Source: a virus. From it: DNA of 64,000 bases. Below the pieces are notes generated by a model. The model saw only the letters and a program-made list of their open reading frames with translations. It did no database searches and was not told the origin of the DNA. The stretch covers positions 32,001 through 96,000 of IMG/VR virus record IMGVR_UViG_3300030103_005357, one strand, 5' to 3'. Made by a program: the position numbers and the translations under genes. This document shows, one piece after another, positions 9,767 through 19,310 of this stretch; position 1 is the stretch's first letter; each line of letters begins with the position of its first letter.

Positions 9767-10497
9767 AAAAATTAATACCCCTGCTATTACCAATATTTGT
9801 TATATCCTGCTTTTGTAAAGCAGCTATTGTCACCTTTACAGGTGGGACAGCAGACTTAGAATCAGGTGGCACTATCATCACAACTACAACTTCTCAAAAT
9901 TATGGGGTCATTAGCTATCAAGAACAATCTGTTATCCTTGAATATGTTTCACCCACCGAAGATTGGAGTTTTCAGACTGTAGGTGATTATTATGATGTGG
10001 GGAATGATGTCATTCACGGTCATTGGACCGCAATCTCTGCTATAGAGATATCTCTTCAAAATAACAACCCTTTCGATTTACAGTATTTTCAAATAACTTC
10101 GAATACTTCTGTTGGTGGGCAACCAGCTACAAATGAAGAAAATATAGGTATTCAAGGCTACTTAAATGGTTCTTCTGTTACGGAGATATACGCTTTACCC
10201 AGCGTAGATTGGGGTGCAGCAAGCACTAGAGATGTTTTCCTGCCCAGCTCTTTTGATAACGTCGATAAAGTAGTTATCTTTGATAGGGGTGTATCAGGAA
10301 CTCACACTGGAAATTCAAGCTGTCCTGAGTGCGGTAATTCAGGTTTCTGTTTTGGGATGGATAATTTTGTGTTTGATGAAGCTGTTCCCAATTCTCTTGT
10401 TCAAGGTAATGGGACTACATTACCAGTAGTCCCAGAAGCTAATTCTTTACTTTTTTTAACTTTATCTTTGCTACCTCTACTCAGAAGGAGGCGCTAA
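9763..10497 (+). CDS. PEP-CTERM-type surface protein
   Basis: Signal peptide; C-terminal VPEANS, hydrophobic helix and RRRR. Confidence 0.85.
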   Translation: MKKLIPLLLPIFVISCFCKAAIVTFTGGTADLESGGTIITTTTSQNYGVISYQEQSVILEYVSPTEDWSFQTVGDYYDVGNDVIHGHWTAISAIEISLQNNNPFDLQYFQITSNTSVGGQPATNEENIGIQGYLNGSSVTEIYALPSVDWGAASTRDVFLPSSFDNVDKVVIFDRGVSGTHTGNSSCPECGNSGFCFGMDNFVFDEAVPNSLVQGNGTTLPVVPEANSLLFLTLSLLPLLRRRR

Positions 10498-10791
10498 TTA
10501 TTGATTGTAAAGTTCTCGCTCTAACTTCCTATAACGAGCGTCTGAATGCCAAACTTCGTTAGTTTGGGGAGTGTAAACCCCTTCCTCAGTCTGAATCGGC
10601 TGACCCGCCTTGAGCTTCAAGGAAGACGGCTGATATATGTTTAAACTGCTTGTTTTCGGTGAGGAGCTGCCCCCGCAAGAAGTCAGCACGATCATTGGAC
10701 TCATTGTCGCCAATAGCGCGTAGCCTTTCAATTTCTTCGATAAATTCATTTTTCTGTTTATTATGCTTTTCTGTGATTTCAAAAAACGCAA
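10498..10791 (-). CDS. lipoprotein, o-spanin (Rz1)-like
   Basis: Lipobox-like VLTSC; overlaps 10586-10852 in another frame. Confidence 0.5.
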   Translation of the reverse strand: MRFLKSQKSIINRKMNLSKKLKGYALLATMSPMIVLTSCGGSSSPKTSSLNIYQPSSLKLKAGQPIQTEEGVYTPQTNEVWHSDARYRKLERELYNQ

Positions 10792-10852
10792 GTTTGTTCC
10801 TCAAGGCGAGATACAACTCAATGCTTTTTAAGATAGATTTGACCAGAGACAT
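10586..10852 (-). CDS. helical protein overlapping the lipoprotein gene, i-spanin (Rz)-like
   Basis: Rz/Rz1-type out-of-frame overlap; no clear TM segment. Confidence 0.4.
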   Translation of the reverse strand: MSLVKSILKSIELYLALRNKLAFFEITEKHNKQKNEFIEEIERLRAIGDNESNDRADFLRGQLLTENKQFKHISAVFLEAQGGSADSD

Positions 10853-11024
10853 TACTTTGTTTGTTTTTTACTGTTAAAAATCTCTTTTTCCCCATCATCT
10901 TCTACAACTTTTACTGAGCCAGAGACATATTTGGCACAATTAATTGCTTCATCCTTTAAAAGGTAAGAGTGATGATATTTTTTTCTTTTATCGTATACAC
11001 GATATTTTACTAATTCTTGATTCA

Positions 11025-11720
11025 TTATGGTTTGAATTCTAAAGTTATATTCGCTACAAATGTTTTATCGTCAGAGATCATTCCTTCAATTAGACACTTA
11101 CCTTCTCGCAAGGAAACGCGCTTTCCGTCAAAAAGATACTTCTGTTCATCAATACTGATTTGAGTAACACAAACATTTTTACCTGATTCAACGTTGATTA
11201 TATCATAATCTACAATTTTGTCTTGCAGATGTTTGCTGAGATCATTTGTGCCTACTACTTTAAGCTGTTTTTTCATCTTTTCTGTATTATACCATAGGAC
11301 AGTTTGGTCCTTATTATTTAATATTATAGCTCTTTTATCGTATCTATCTATCCATTTTTTATAAAAATCTACTTTAAATGTCCTTCTAATCTCTGACTTA
11401 AAGTATTTTCCATTTTTTTGTCGGACATGATCTAATATTCCATGAAAAGCTTTTATTTTGGTTGAATTTGAGCCGCGCCTATTACTAAATAAAAACTGTA
11501 TATGATTATAATTTTCACGTTCTTTTAAAAAAACGTAACAAATATCGTCGCAGTAGTAAATCTCACAATCGCTACAGAACTCGTTAAAGTACCTTTTAGC
11601 TGCTGCTACCCTCATAGTTCTAGATCCAGAACAAAAAAAGTTATAAGGCTTAGATCTCAAACAGAAATCGAGAAAGTCATCCCAAGCCTCTTCTTTGTGG
11701 ATTAATTGTTTAATTATCAT
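11025..11720 (-). CDS. hypothetical protein
   Basis: 231-aa ORF. Confidence 0.6.
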   Translation of the reverse strand: MIIKQLIHKEEAWDDFLDFCLRSKPYNFFCSGSRTMRVAAAKRYFNEFCSDCEIYYCDDICYVFLKERENYNHIQFLFSNRRGSNSTKIKAFHGILDHVRQKNGKYFKSEIRRTFKVDFYKKWIDRYDKRAIILNNKDQTVLWYNTEKMKKQLKVVGTNDLSKHLQDKIVDYDIINVESGKNVCVTQISIDEQKYLFDGKRVSLREGKCLIEGMISDDKTFVANITLEFKP

Positions 11721-11760
11721 TTCTACAGGTTATAATAGTAGAAAAGGTGTAATATTAAAC

Positions 11761-13821
11761 ATGGCGGTTGAAGGAAAAAATGAAGTAGCAAGAAGTCTAT
11801 TGGATTTGCAGCCAACTGCAATTCTAGAACTGTATAAACTGTTTCCAGATACGGTGGATTCACCCTCTACCTTCTTGAGTTTTCATGGGGGTTCCATTTT
11901 CGGTGAAAATGTAATTTGGCAAGGTGTACAATACATGCCGATCCCTGTAGAAGCTGGGGGTTTCGGGGTGTTTGGAGATGGAACTTTGCCAAGACCTAAA
12001 ATTAAAGTTGGCAACAATAACAAGATTGTTAGCTATTTTTTAGCTAAATATAAAGATTTTAAAAACGCCCAATTATTTAGAAAAAAAGTTTTTGTAAAAC
12101 ATTTAGATGATGTGAATTTTGAGGGGGCTAACCCTTTTGGATTAGCAAACTCTGATTCTGAAATTTCAGAAGAGAAGTATTACATAGGTCAGAAAACACA
12201 AGAAAACAAATCTTTTGTTGAGTTTGAATTAAATTTACCCTTAGATCTAGATAACTTCGATGTTAATCATAGGACTGTAAATGCCAAATATTGTTATTGG
12301 CAGTATAGGGGGTTAGGATGTCAGTATAAAGGTTTACCAGTAGAGAGGGAAGATGGATCGGCTTTCACTGACACCAATAATAACTTTATAACCTTAAATA
12401 CTAACGAAGAATTTAATTTCGAAAATCGATTTTATCAACACGATTCTGTTTATTCTGTTGGTGAATCCGTTTTTATTGAAGATAAATCAATTATTTTGAG
12501 TACAAATGAACTTGATGAACCTATATTCCATAGAACTTGGTATGTATGCTCACAAGATAATTCAGGGCAGCATCCAGAAGGCAACCCCTCATTTTGGCAG
12601 AAAGATGGTTGTACCAAAAAGATAGAGGCTTGTCAAAAGCGTTTTTCTAGTAAAAGTTTAGTAAAAAAATTCATTGGAGATGAAGAGGCGACATCTGATT
12701 ATTTAAATTTACACAAAACAGGTGCAGCTTCATTTGCTACGATTGATGCGAATGCGACAGGAGCTTTTACTGGAGACTTTTGGACTTTATCAATGTGGGT
12801 TCGCGGAGAAGAACAACACTTTACACAGGGATATATAGACGACAGCCACAATATTCATTTCAATGCTATAACATACACGCTCAAGTGGCGCAACCCCGTT
12901 GTTTTTGCGACTCATGAATTACCGAGAACAGAACAAGTTGGCGATGGTGAGTTTGATGAGGGTAATGAGTTCAAGCCAAATCAAAATGGCACGTTTGGCG
13001 ATGCTAATAGTTTAGTCAGAGCGAACTTACACTTTTCAAGCCGCATAGGTGAAGATCAAGGTGTTTACTTAGATTTAGCCACGCCTACAGAAGATGGGAC
13101 AAAAAACAAATTAACTCAAGTCCCAAGTAAAATAGCATCTAAAGATAAGTTCCATTGCCTTGTTTTTAGAAAAGAGTTTGATTCGACAAACAATAAATCA
13201 ACAATAGATATTCTAGTCAATCCTCAAAAAAACCAATATGGGCATACTGTTTACTCCAACAAATCAAGAATAAATATTGATAACGGTACGGCTGGAGTTG
13301 ATCTTATTTCGTTATTCTCTGACAAAACAGGCGAGTTGGATGACTCGATTTGTTTTGGGGGCGATATAGCCCAAGCTTGCCTTTGGTCAGGCAGACTTAA
13401 TGACGATGAAGTTTGTCACATAGGGTCTACAAATTCAGTATCAGATTTAGAAGTGTTTTTAACTGATGATGGTTTACAAAAAGCGACTCGTAATTACTGC
13501 GATTATCTCCCTCTAAGATACAATGAGGCGACTGGTTACTTATCCCCTCTTACAGGTTCGGATAGGCTTTGTTTTTGGTATGATATGCAGACAGGGTTAA
13601 GCTCTAGTAAGCTTATTCTTATAGACGAGTCTCATAATAATCACGATATGACGGGTTTTGGAACGACAGGAGAATTTGAAAAACGTACGATAGAATATAA
13701 AAAAGGTGAATTTATAGAGTTCGTTCCCAACCAAAACGCTCAATTTAAACTTCCCTTCGGGGGGTTCCCCGGAACAGATGGATTCGATTATAGATCTCAA
13801 GGATCTCAAAACAATATATAA
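11761..13821 (+). CDS. lambda gpL-like minor tail protein with inserted LamG-like domain
   Basis: GTLPRPKI, CYWQYRGLGC, DGCTKKIEACQKRF and LPFGGFPG motifs. Confidence 0.85.
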   Translation: MAVEGKNEVARSLLDLQPTAILELYKLFPDTVDSPSTFLSFHGGSIFGENVIWQGVQYMPIPVEAGGFGVFGDGTLPRPKIKVGNNNKIVSYFLAKYKDFKNAQLFRKKVFVKHLDDVNFEGANPFGLANSDSEISEEKYYIGQKTQENKSFVEFELNLPLDLDNFDVNHRTVNAKYCYWQYRGLGCQYKGLPVEREDGSAFTDTNNNFITLNTNEEFNFENRFYQHDSVYSVGESVFIEDKSIILSTNELDEPIFHRTWYVCSQDNSGQHPEGNPSFWQKDGCTKKIEACQKRFSSKSLVKKFIGDEEATSDYLNLHKTGAASFATIDANATGAFTGDFWTLSMWVRGEEQHFTQGYIDDSHNIHFNAITYTLKWRNPVVFATHELPRTEQVGDGEFDEGNEFKPNQNGTFGDANSLVRANLHFSSRIGEDQGVYLDLATPTEDGTKNKLTQVPSKIASKDKFHCLVFRKEFDSTNNKSTIDILVNPQKNQYGHTVYSNKSRINIDNGTAGVDLISLFSDKTGELDDSICFGGDIAQACLWSGRLNDDEVCHIGSTNSVSDLEVFLTDDGLQKATRNYCDYLPLRYNEATGYLSPLTGSDRLCFWYDMQTGLSSSKLILIDESHNNHDMTGFGTTGEFEKRTIEYKKGEFIEFVPNQNAQFKLPFGGFPGTDGFDYRSQGSQNNI

Positions 13822-13823
13822 AT

Positions 13824-14213
13824 ATGAAAGATGCTTTACAAGTGATAGTTGATGAGTCGGAATCTAACCCTTTTATAGAAATATGTGGTTTTTTAGGGTT
13901 CGATAGAAAAAAAGAGACTTATGTAGTCCAGAATGAAAAAAATATATCCCAAGACCCTTCAGAGTATTTCATGATTGATCCTCTTAATTATTTAATTTTT
14001 AAAGAGAAGTATGATTTATTAGCGGTTTACCATAGCCACATCAATGCAGATGCTGAACCATCAGAGTTTGACGTAAAAATGTCAAATAATTGCTGCATAC
14101 CATTTTTAATATATAGTATTGAAACTAAAAAATTCAATCTTTTTGAGCCGCAAAATCTAGAAACAGATGTAAATATATATAATAGGTTTAAGGAGGATTA
14201 TGACAATTATTAG
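13824..14213 (+). CDS. gpK-like JAB/MPN tail assembly protein
   Basis: EICG...YHSH...PSEFD motif; follows gpL. Confidence 0.85.
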   Translation: MKDALQVIVDESESNPFIEICGFLGFDRKKETYVVQNEKNISQDPSEYFMIDPLNYLIFKEKYDLLAVYHSHINADAEPSEFDVKMSNNCCIPFLIYSIETKKFNLFEPQNLETDVNIYNRFKEDYDNY

Positions 14214-14787
14214 ATTACATGGGATTTTAGCTCAAAAGTACGGCGAGGCGTTCGAAATGGACATTGGTAAGTCTAGAGATGTTATTAGAGCTATTGACGC
14301 TAATAGGGATGGTTTTAGAAAAACTATAGTAGATTTACAAAAAGAAGGTTTCTCATACGAAATTTTAGTTAATAAAAAAAGACTTAATAAAAATGAGTTT
14401 TTAAATAGTAAAAAACCACAAGAGATAGATCTTGTGCCGTTTATTGTTGGGTCTGGTATCCACTTATTAGTAGCTGTAACTGTAGCAGTGGTTTCAGCTG
14501 CAATCCAGTATGCTTTAATGGACCCCGGCACTATTGATGGGGGATCAATGACTGTAGGTAAAGATAGCGGTTCGATGATGTTTGCCACTAGCCAAATTAA
14601 TCTTACCGCTCAAGGCTCCCCTCTTCCTATTGGTTACGGTAGGTTAAAAGTTGGGTCAAGCGTGGTTCAAGCTTCAGTTAAGTCGCTTCCACAGACGGCG
14701 GATTCTTTTGAGAGTATGACTAATAACCCTTTTGAAACCACCTACGATGAAGGCTTTGACATTTTTGACTCAAAACGGAAATCATGA
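14200..14787 (+). CDS. lambda gpI-like tail assembly protein
   Basis: IRLHGILAQKYG N-terminus and QGSPLPIGYGRLKVGS. Confidence 0.85.
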   Translation: MTIIRLHGILAQKYGEAFEMDIGKSRDVIRAIDANRDGFRKTIVDLQKEGFSYEILVNKKRLNKNEFLNSKKPQEIDLVPFIVGSGIHLLVAVTVAVVSAAIQYALMDPGTIDGGSMTVGKDSGSMMFATSQINLTAQGSPLPIGYGRLKVGSSVVQASVKSLPQTADSFESMTNNPFETTYDEGFDIFDSKRKS

Positions 14788-17700
14788 ATCATTTATCTAG
14801 AAAGAAAAAACTCTACGGGGCAGGTTCGAAAAAGCCTAAAGTAAAACCTGCTGTCCTGCTTCCCCCTAAAATAGGAGAGTATCAATTCGAATCTTCTTTC
14901 AGTTATGTTGAAACTTTAGATTTAATATCGGATGGGCCAATTGAGGGTTTAGTAAATAATAAAGGGAGCCTTTTGTTTAAAAACGAGCAGTCTAAAGGTG
15001 TTTATCTTAATGAGACTCCAGTTTCTACATCCGAAGGCACAGAAGAAGAGCCTGAACATGAGCGATCCCTAAAAAATGATACTTCCGTTTCCAAAGATAT
15101 ACAAACTTTTGCGAACTTAATATCAGGAAAATCTCTAATTGCTCATGTTACACATGTAGAAACCGATAACGTTGGCCCGTTTGGTGTAGGCGCACACAAG
15201 CAGTATTTCTTAACATTAAGAGATTTGGTTGTAGGGGAGCGAACGCCGATTCTTTTTGGCTTTGACGCAAATTTTTTTCCTGATGCGGATGGTGATGGAA
15301 TTCCTGAGTTGTTCACCGAGCTAACTAAAAGTTTTAGCTTAACCACCAGATCATATGTGTATATTACGGACATAAATGATAGAAAGGAAAACTACTTTGC
15401 GATATTCATGAACAAGAATACAATAAATAATTCTGATTTATTTGTATGTTTGTCTAAGTTTGACTATAAAAAGTTTAGGGATCGCAGTAATCCATTTGAG
15501 AAGAATGACGGACTCCTTCGTTGCGCTAATGAGATTATTAAAAAGAAGTTCAATCTCACTGGAGTAGCCCTTAACATGCTTAAGCAGGAGCCTCCAGCAG
15601 CGCACATATTAACTCAGATTTTAGAAGCTTACGATAGTTATGGCCCGACTTCTGACGGGGGTGAACCCTCAAACCCTTTTATGAGAAAGCTTATAATGCA
15701 TAAACTACAAAAGGTGTTTTCAAATCTTTCTGTAGGAAAGGGCGAAGTTTTTAAAATAGATGAGGTAGCAAGCGGTGAGATCTCAGCTAAAGAATTGATT
15801 CGTGATCTTTTGGAGGTGATATGGAGAGTTGGTTACATGATTATGTATATTCCAGATAGGGATATATTACATGGTATAGGAGAGGCTCAATTCACAGACC
15901 CAAGGGAGGTTTCTCTTATACCTACCGAGGCTGACGGCAAATATTCACCGATGTATGGCCGAAGAGAATACAATGATTTGTTGATTCCGATCTGTGATGC
16001 AGATGGAAAACTCGAACAAAACGCTGATATATTAGGAGCCGCATTTATAATTGTCAGGCTTCCGTGGAGGGGGGCAAGTGTAAACCCATACTCAATTGAA
16101 CCAGCTACTTTCGATGTTGATGGGTTATCAACACTAAAAAAGATTACAAAGTTAACGGTGGCTCAAGTACGACAAAACGCTGATATTAGTAATTTTAGAT
16201 ATAATTATAATAATGTTTTAATTGAATCTAGAAACGGGGAAGAGTATCAAGAACCATTTAGATTTTTTAATAAAATTTATATTGATAAAACTATAAACAA
16301 GGCGATTTATGGGCCTTATAGATCGTTTGGTCAAGTTCAAAGGGTAGATGGTTCATTTTTCACCAAATCCACTTTAGCGATACGTGGGCCAAGTTCAATA
16401 GGTTTTAATGAGGGTGAGATGGGGCCAGACCCTGATCCGGGAGAAAAACCATTTCGAGGTAATGACGGGCTTCCTATCGGGGAAGGCAGTAATGATAATG
16501 CGCGTCTAACTAACGCAGATTATAATTCATGGAGCGAGGATGGAAATTCATTCGGTCTAGATGAGGCGGAGTCGCCATCAGTTTATTACGTCAATAACCC
16601 AAATGTCTCTGAAGTTTTTGTTACATTAAAAGTGGATGCTCTTCGTGATACAGCAGAAGGACTCTTAAGGGGTGGAGATCCTGAAAGCAATGATTCGTTT
16701 AAGGCTGGAGACAAATTGCCAGCTATTTTGAACATTCAGATTGAAGTGGGTAAAGTTACCTCCGAAGGATTACAGAAACCAACATTAACAAAAAATTATA
16801 GGATTGCAGCCCTTATAGAAGGAACAACCCTTATTGATATAGGTAACCCAGATAACACAAACAGACCCAATGAAACTAAATCCGTTTCTGAACTTAGTGG
16901 CGGCGTACCAAAAAGTTCTCCTCTTGATAACGTTTTCGGGCCGCAGCTTGAATTTAAGGGCGGCGCTGACTTAGCTACGCCATTCCCACTGCCAAGAGTC
17001 AATGACTACTCATTAAACAATTCTTACTCTTCCCCAGAAAAACGGTATGTTAAAGTAAGAAAGTTGTCAACGGAGACGTTTTCAGTCTTAATATCTAAGG
17101 ATGTAGCGGTTCAAAAAGTAACGGAGATTATTCCTGTTAATTTAACTTATCCATTTTCCGCTATTATAGGGACAAAGATTGATTCCAAAAGCTTTGGTCG
17201 CTTACCATCAAGATCTTTCGATGCTAGATTAAAATTAATTCAAATTCCATCAAACTATCACCCAACTGAAGAATTCCACAGAAGAAAAGATAAAAGGTAT
17301 TATGATACTACGTCTGAATTCGAAAATGCTTCAAAAGAAAAGAAATCCATATATCAAGGAGACTGGAATGGGGCATTTAAAATTGGTTGGACTGACAATC
17401 CAGCTTGGATTCTATACGATCTTCTGACGAATACTCGATACGGTTTAGGCAGATATTTAGAGGAGAATGACATTAATAAATGGGAACTTTACAAGATTGG
17501 CAGATTCTGTGATGCTGTAGATTCAAATGGCGACTTTGAAGGAGTCCCAGATGGCAGGGGAGGTTTAGAGCCTAGATACTCTTGTAATATAATGCTCAAC
17601 AGTAATGAAAAAGTTTTTGATTCTATACAGCTCATATCAAAATTATTTAGGGGGCAAACTTTCTTTAGAGCTTCAGAAGTCTCATTCGTTGATGAAAGAA

Positions 17701-19310
17701 TAAAATCTCCCATAGCTACATTTAGCAATAATAATGTAAAAGATGGGGCATTTAATTACTCAAACCTAAGAAGGGATCAACAATTCAACACCGCCGAGGT
17801 CTCCTATTTAGATAGATTTGAAAACTTCACTCCGAAAGTTGAAGTTGTTGAGGATGAGGAGGATATTAGAAGCAGGGGTGTATTTAAAAACAGGATCGAT
17901 GGTTTGGGTGTGACATCTAGGGCTATGGCTAGAAGAATTGGCCAACATTTAATTTACAGGACCATTAAAGAAAATCAAAGGGTAGCATTCATTTCTGGTT
18001 TAGAAGCTTTACTGTGTCAGCCCGGGGATCTTATTATTGTTGACGACGACTTAAAAAACGAAAAATCTAACTTCGGTAAGGTTCTTAGTGTTGATGCAGC
18101 TAATCAATATATTCAATTAAGTGGTCCATTTTTTTCTGACTCTATGACTGGGATATTAACCGTATATAACCCCACGGGAGAAAACTCAATCGAACATCTG
18201 GGCGATATCGCTCAAACAAAAAGAGCCAGAACAGATACTTTTACTATTACTAGTTCGCCAGCACCCTCCTTTAATATTTACACTGGATTATATAATTTTT
18301 CAGGGTACACAGATGGTTATACAGATACTAATATTGAATCATTAAGACTGTTTTCTGAGTATGCTTTGTATACAGGTACTGGAGACAACATGTTATACTT
18401 TGGCACAGGTTATACAGGTTGGACATTTGCAACAGGTCTTGAAGAAGTACATAGGTCTTTTGTAGCTAAATCAACAGGTGTTCAGAATCTGGATCAATTA
18501 AATACTGGATTTATTTCGTCTTATAATAATGGTGTGCCTGACAAAAGAGGAGGAACAGATATTGATATTTCAGGCTTATTGAGTGGCGATCTTAACGAGT
18601 TAAATACTAGGGGTATCCTAGAGTCAGAAATAGCTCAAAATTCACAACCTCATATTACAACTTTTAATGTTACAACAGCTGGCGTTGGTGATGGATTCGG
18701 CTTTGCGAGCGGGGTAGATAATCCTGAAGTTTTGCCGTTTATCAAGTTGGGTAGCCCATATAGATTTGATTTAAAAGATGGGGATAACACCTTATATAAG
18801 ATTGACTCGATTAAAGAAAATAATCCTAACGAATATTTAGTATCTGCGGCTAAGTTTGATACTGGTAAGTTTTCATTAATTGAAAACAGTATATCTTTGG
18901 ATAGGAAAGAAAATACATACGACTTTAATGTAGCAACTCAGATTGGTGACACAATTTTCAAGAACTTGAGTGCGCCATCAGGTTTATCTCTTATTACTGG
19001 TGAAGGCACAGAAACATCCTCTTTCTTTATAAGTGGCGATTGGTCTGGGTCAGCAGAAGATGAAAGTTATGAAGTGGTTCTAAGTCGCCCTAATGGTGGG
19101 AGAGTCTCAGTTAATGTGCCAGACAAAAACGTTAAGTTTGATAATTTATTTTCTATAGGAAACTACGCTTTAAGTGTAAAGGCTATTGGGAATTCTGTAG
19201 GATCGACAAAAACCTCAGATTCGGAGTTCTCAACCGAAAGCATATTCGTCCTTCACCAAGAGCTAGAAGAATTCGACAGATCTTTTATAACAAATATAAC
19301 ATTTAAATAA
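14784..19310 (+). CDS. lambda gpJ-like tail tip / host specificity protein
   Basis: LDLISDGPIEGLV, WTDNPAWILYDLLTN.RYGLG, EPRYSCN; C-terminal FN3-like region. Confidence 0.9.
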   Translation: MNHLSRKKKLYGAGSKKPKVKPAVLLPPKIGEYQFESSFSYVETLDLISDGPIEGLVNNKGSLLFKNEQSKGVYLNETPVSTSEGTEEEPEHERSLKNDTSVSKDIQTFANLISGKSLIAHVTHVETDNVGPFGVGAHKQYFLTLRDLVVGERTPILFGFDANFFPDADGDGIPELFTELTKSFSLTTRSYVYITDINDRKENYFAIFMNKNTINNSDLFVCLSKFDYKKFRDRSNPFEKNDGLLRCANEIIKKKFNLTGVALNMLKQEPPAAHILTQILEAYDSYGPTSDGGEPSNPFMRKLIMHKLQKVFSNLSVGKGEVFKIDEVASGEISAKELIRDLLEVIWRVGYMIMYIPDRDILHGIGEAQFTDPREVSLIPTEADGKYSPMYGRREYNDLLIPICDADGKLEQNADILGAAFIIVRLPWRGASVNPYSIEPATFDVDGLSTLKKITKLTVAQVRQNADISNFRYNYNNVLIESRNGEEYQEPFRFFNKIYIDKTINKAIYGPYRSFGQVQRVDGSFFTKSTLAIRGPSSIGFNEGEMGPDPDPGEKPFRGNDGLPIGEGSNDNARLTNADYNSWSEDGNSFGLDEAESPSVYYVNNPNVSEVFVTLKVDALRDTAEGLLRGGDPESNDSFKAGDKLPAILNIQIEVGKVTSEGLQKPTLTKNYRIAALIEGTTLIDIGNPDNTNRPNETKSVSELSGGVPKSSPLDNVFGPQLEFKGGADLATPFPLPRVNDYSLNNSYSSPEKRYVKVRKLSTETFSVLISKDVAVQKVTEIIPVNLTYPFSAIIGTKIDSKSFGRLPSRSFDARLKLIQIPSNYHPTEEFHRRKDKRYYDTTSEFENASKEKKSIYQGDWNGAFKIGWTDNPAWILYDLLTNTRYGLGRYLEENDINKWELYKIGRFCDAVDSNGDFEGVPDGRGGLEPRYSCNIMLNSNEKVFDSIQLISKLFRGQTFFRASEVSFVDERIKSPIATFSNNNVKDGAFNYSNLRRDQQFNTAEVSYLDRFENFTPKVEVVEDEEDIRSRGVFKNRIDGLGVTSRAMARRIGQHLIYRTIKENQRVAFISGLEALLCQPGDLIIVDDDLKNEKSNFGKVLSVDAANQYIQLSGPFFSDSMTGILTVYNPTGENSIEHLGDIAQTKRARTDTFTITSSPAPSFNIYTGLYNFSGYTDGYTDTNIESLRLFSEYALYTGTGDNMLYFGTGYTGWTFATGLEEVHRSFVAKSTGVQNLDQLNTGFISSYNNGVPDKRGGTDIDISGLLSGDLNELNTRGILESEIAQNSQPHITTFNVTTAGVGDGFGFASGVDNPEVLPFIKLGSPYRFDLKDGDNTLYKIDSIKENNPNEYLVSAAKFDTGKFSLIENSISLDRKENTYDFNVATQIGDTIFKNLSAPSGLSLITGEGTETSSFFISGDWSGSAEDESYEVVLSRPNGGRVSVNVPDKNVKFDNLFSIGNYALSVKAIGNSVGSTKTSDSEFSTESIFVLHQELEEFDRSFITNITFK

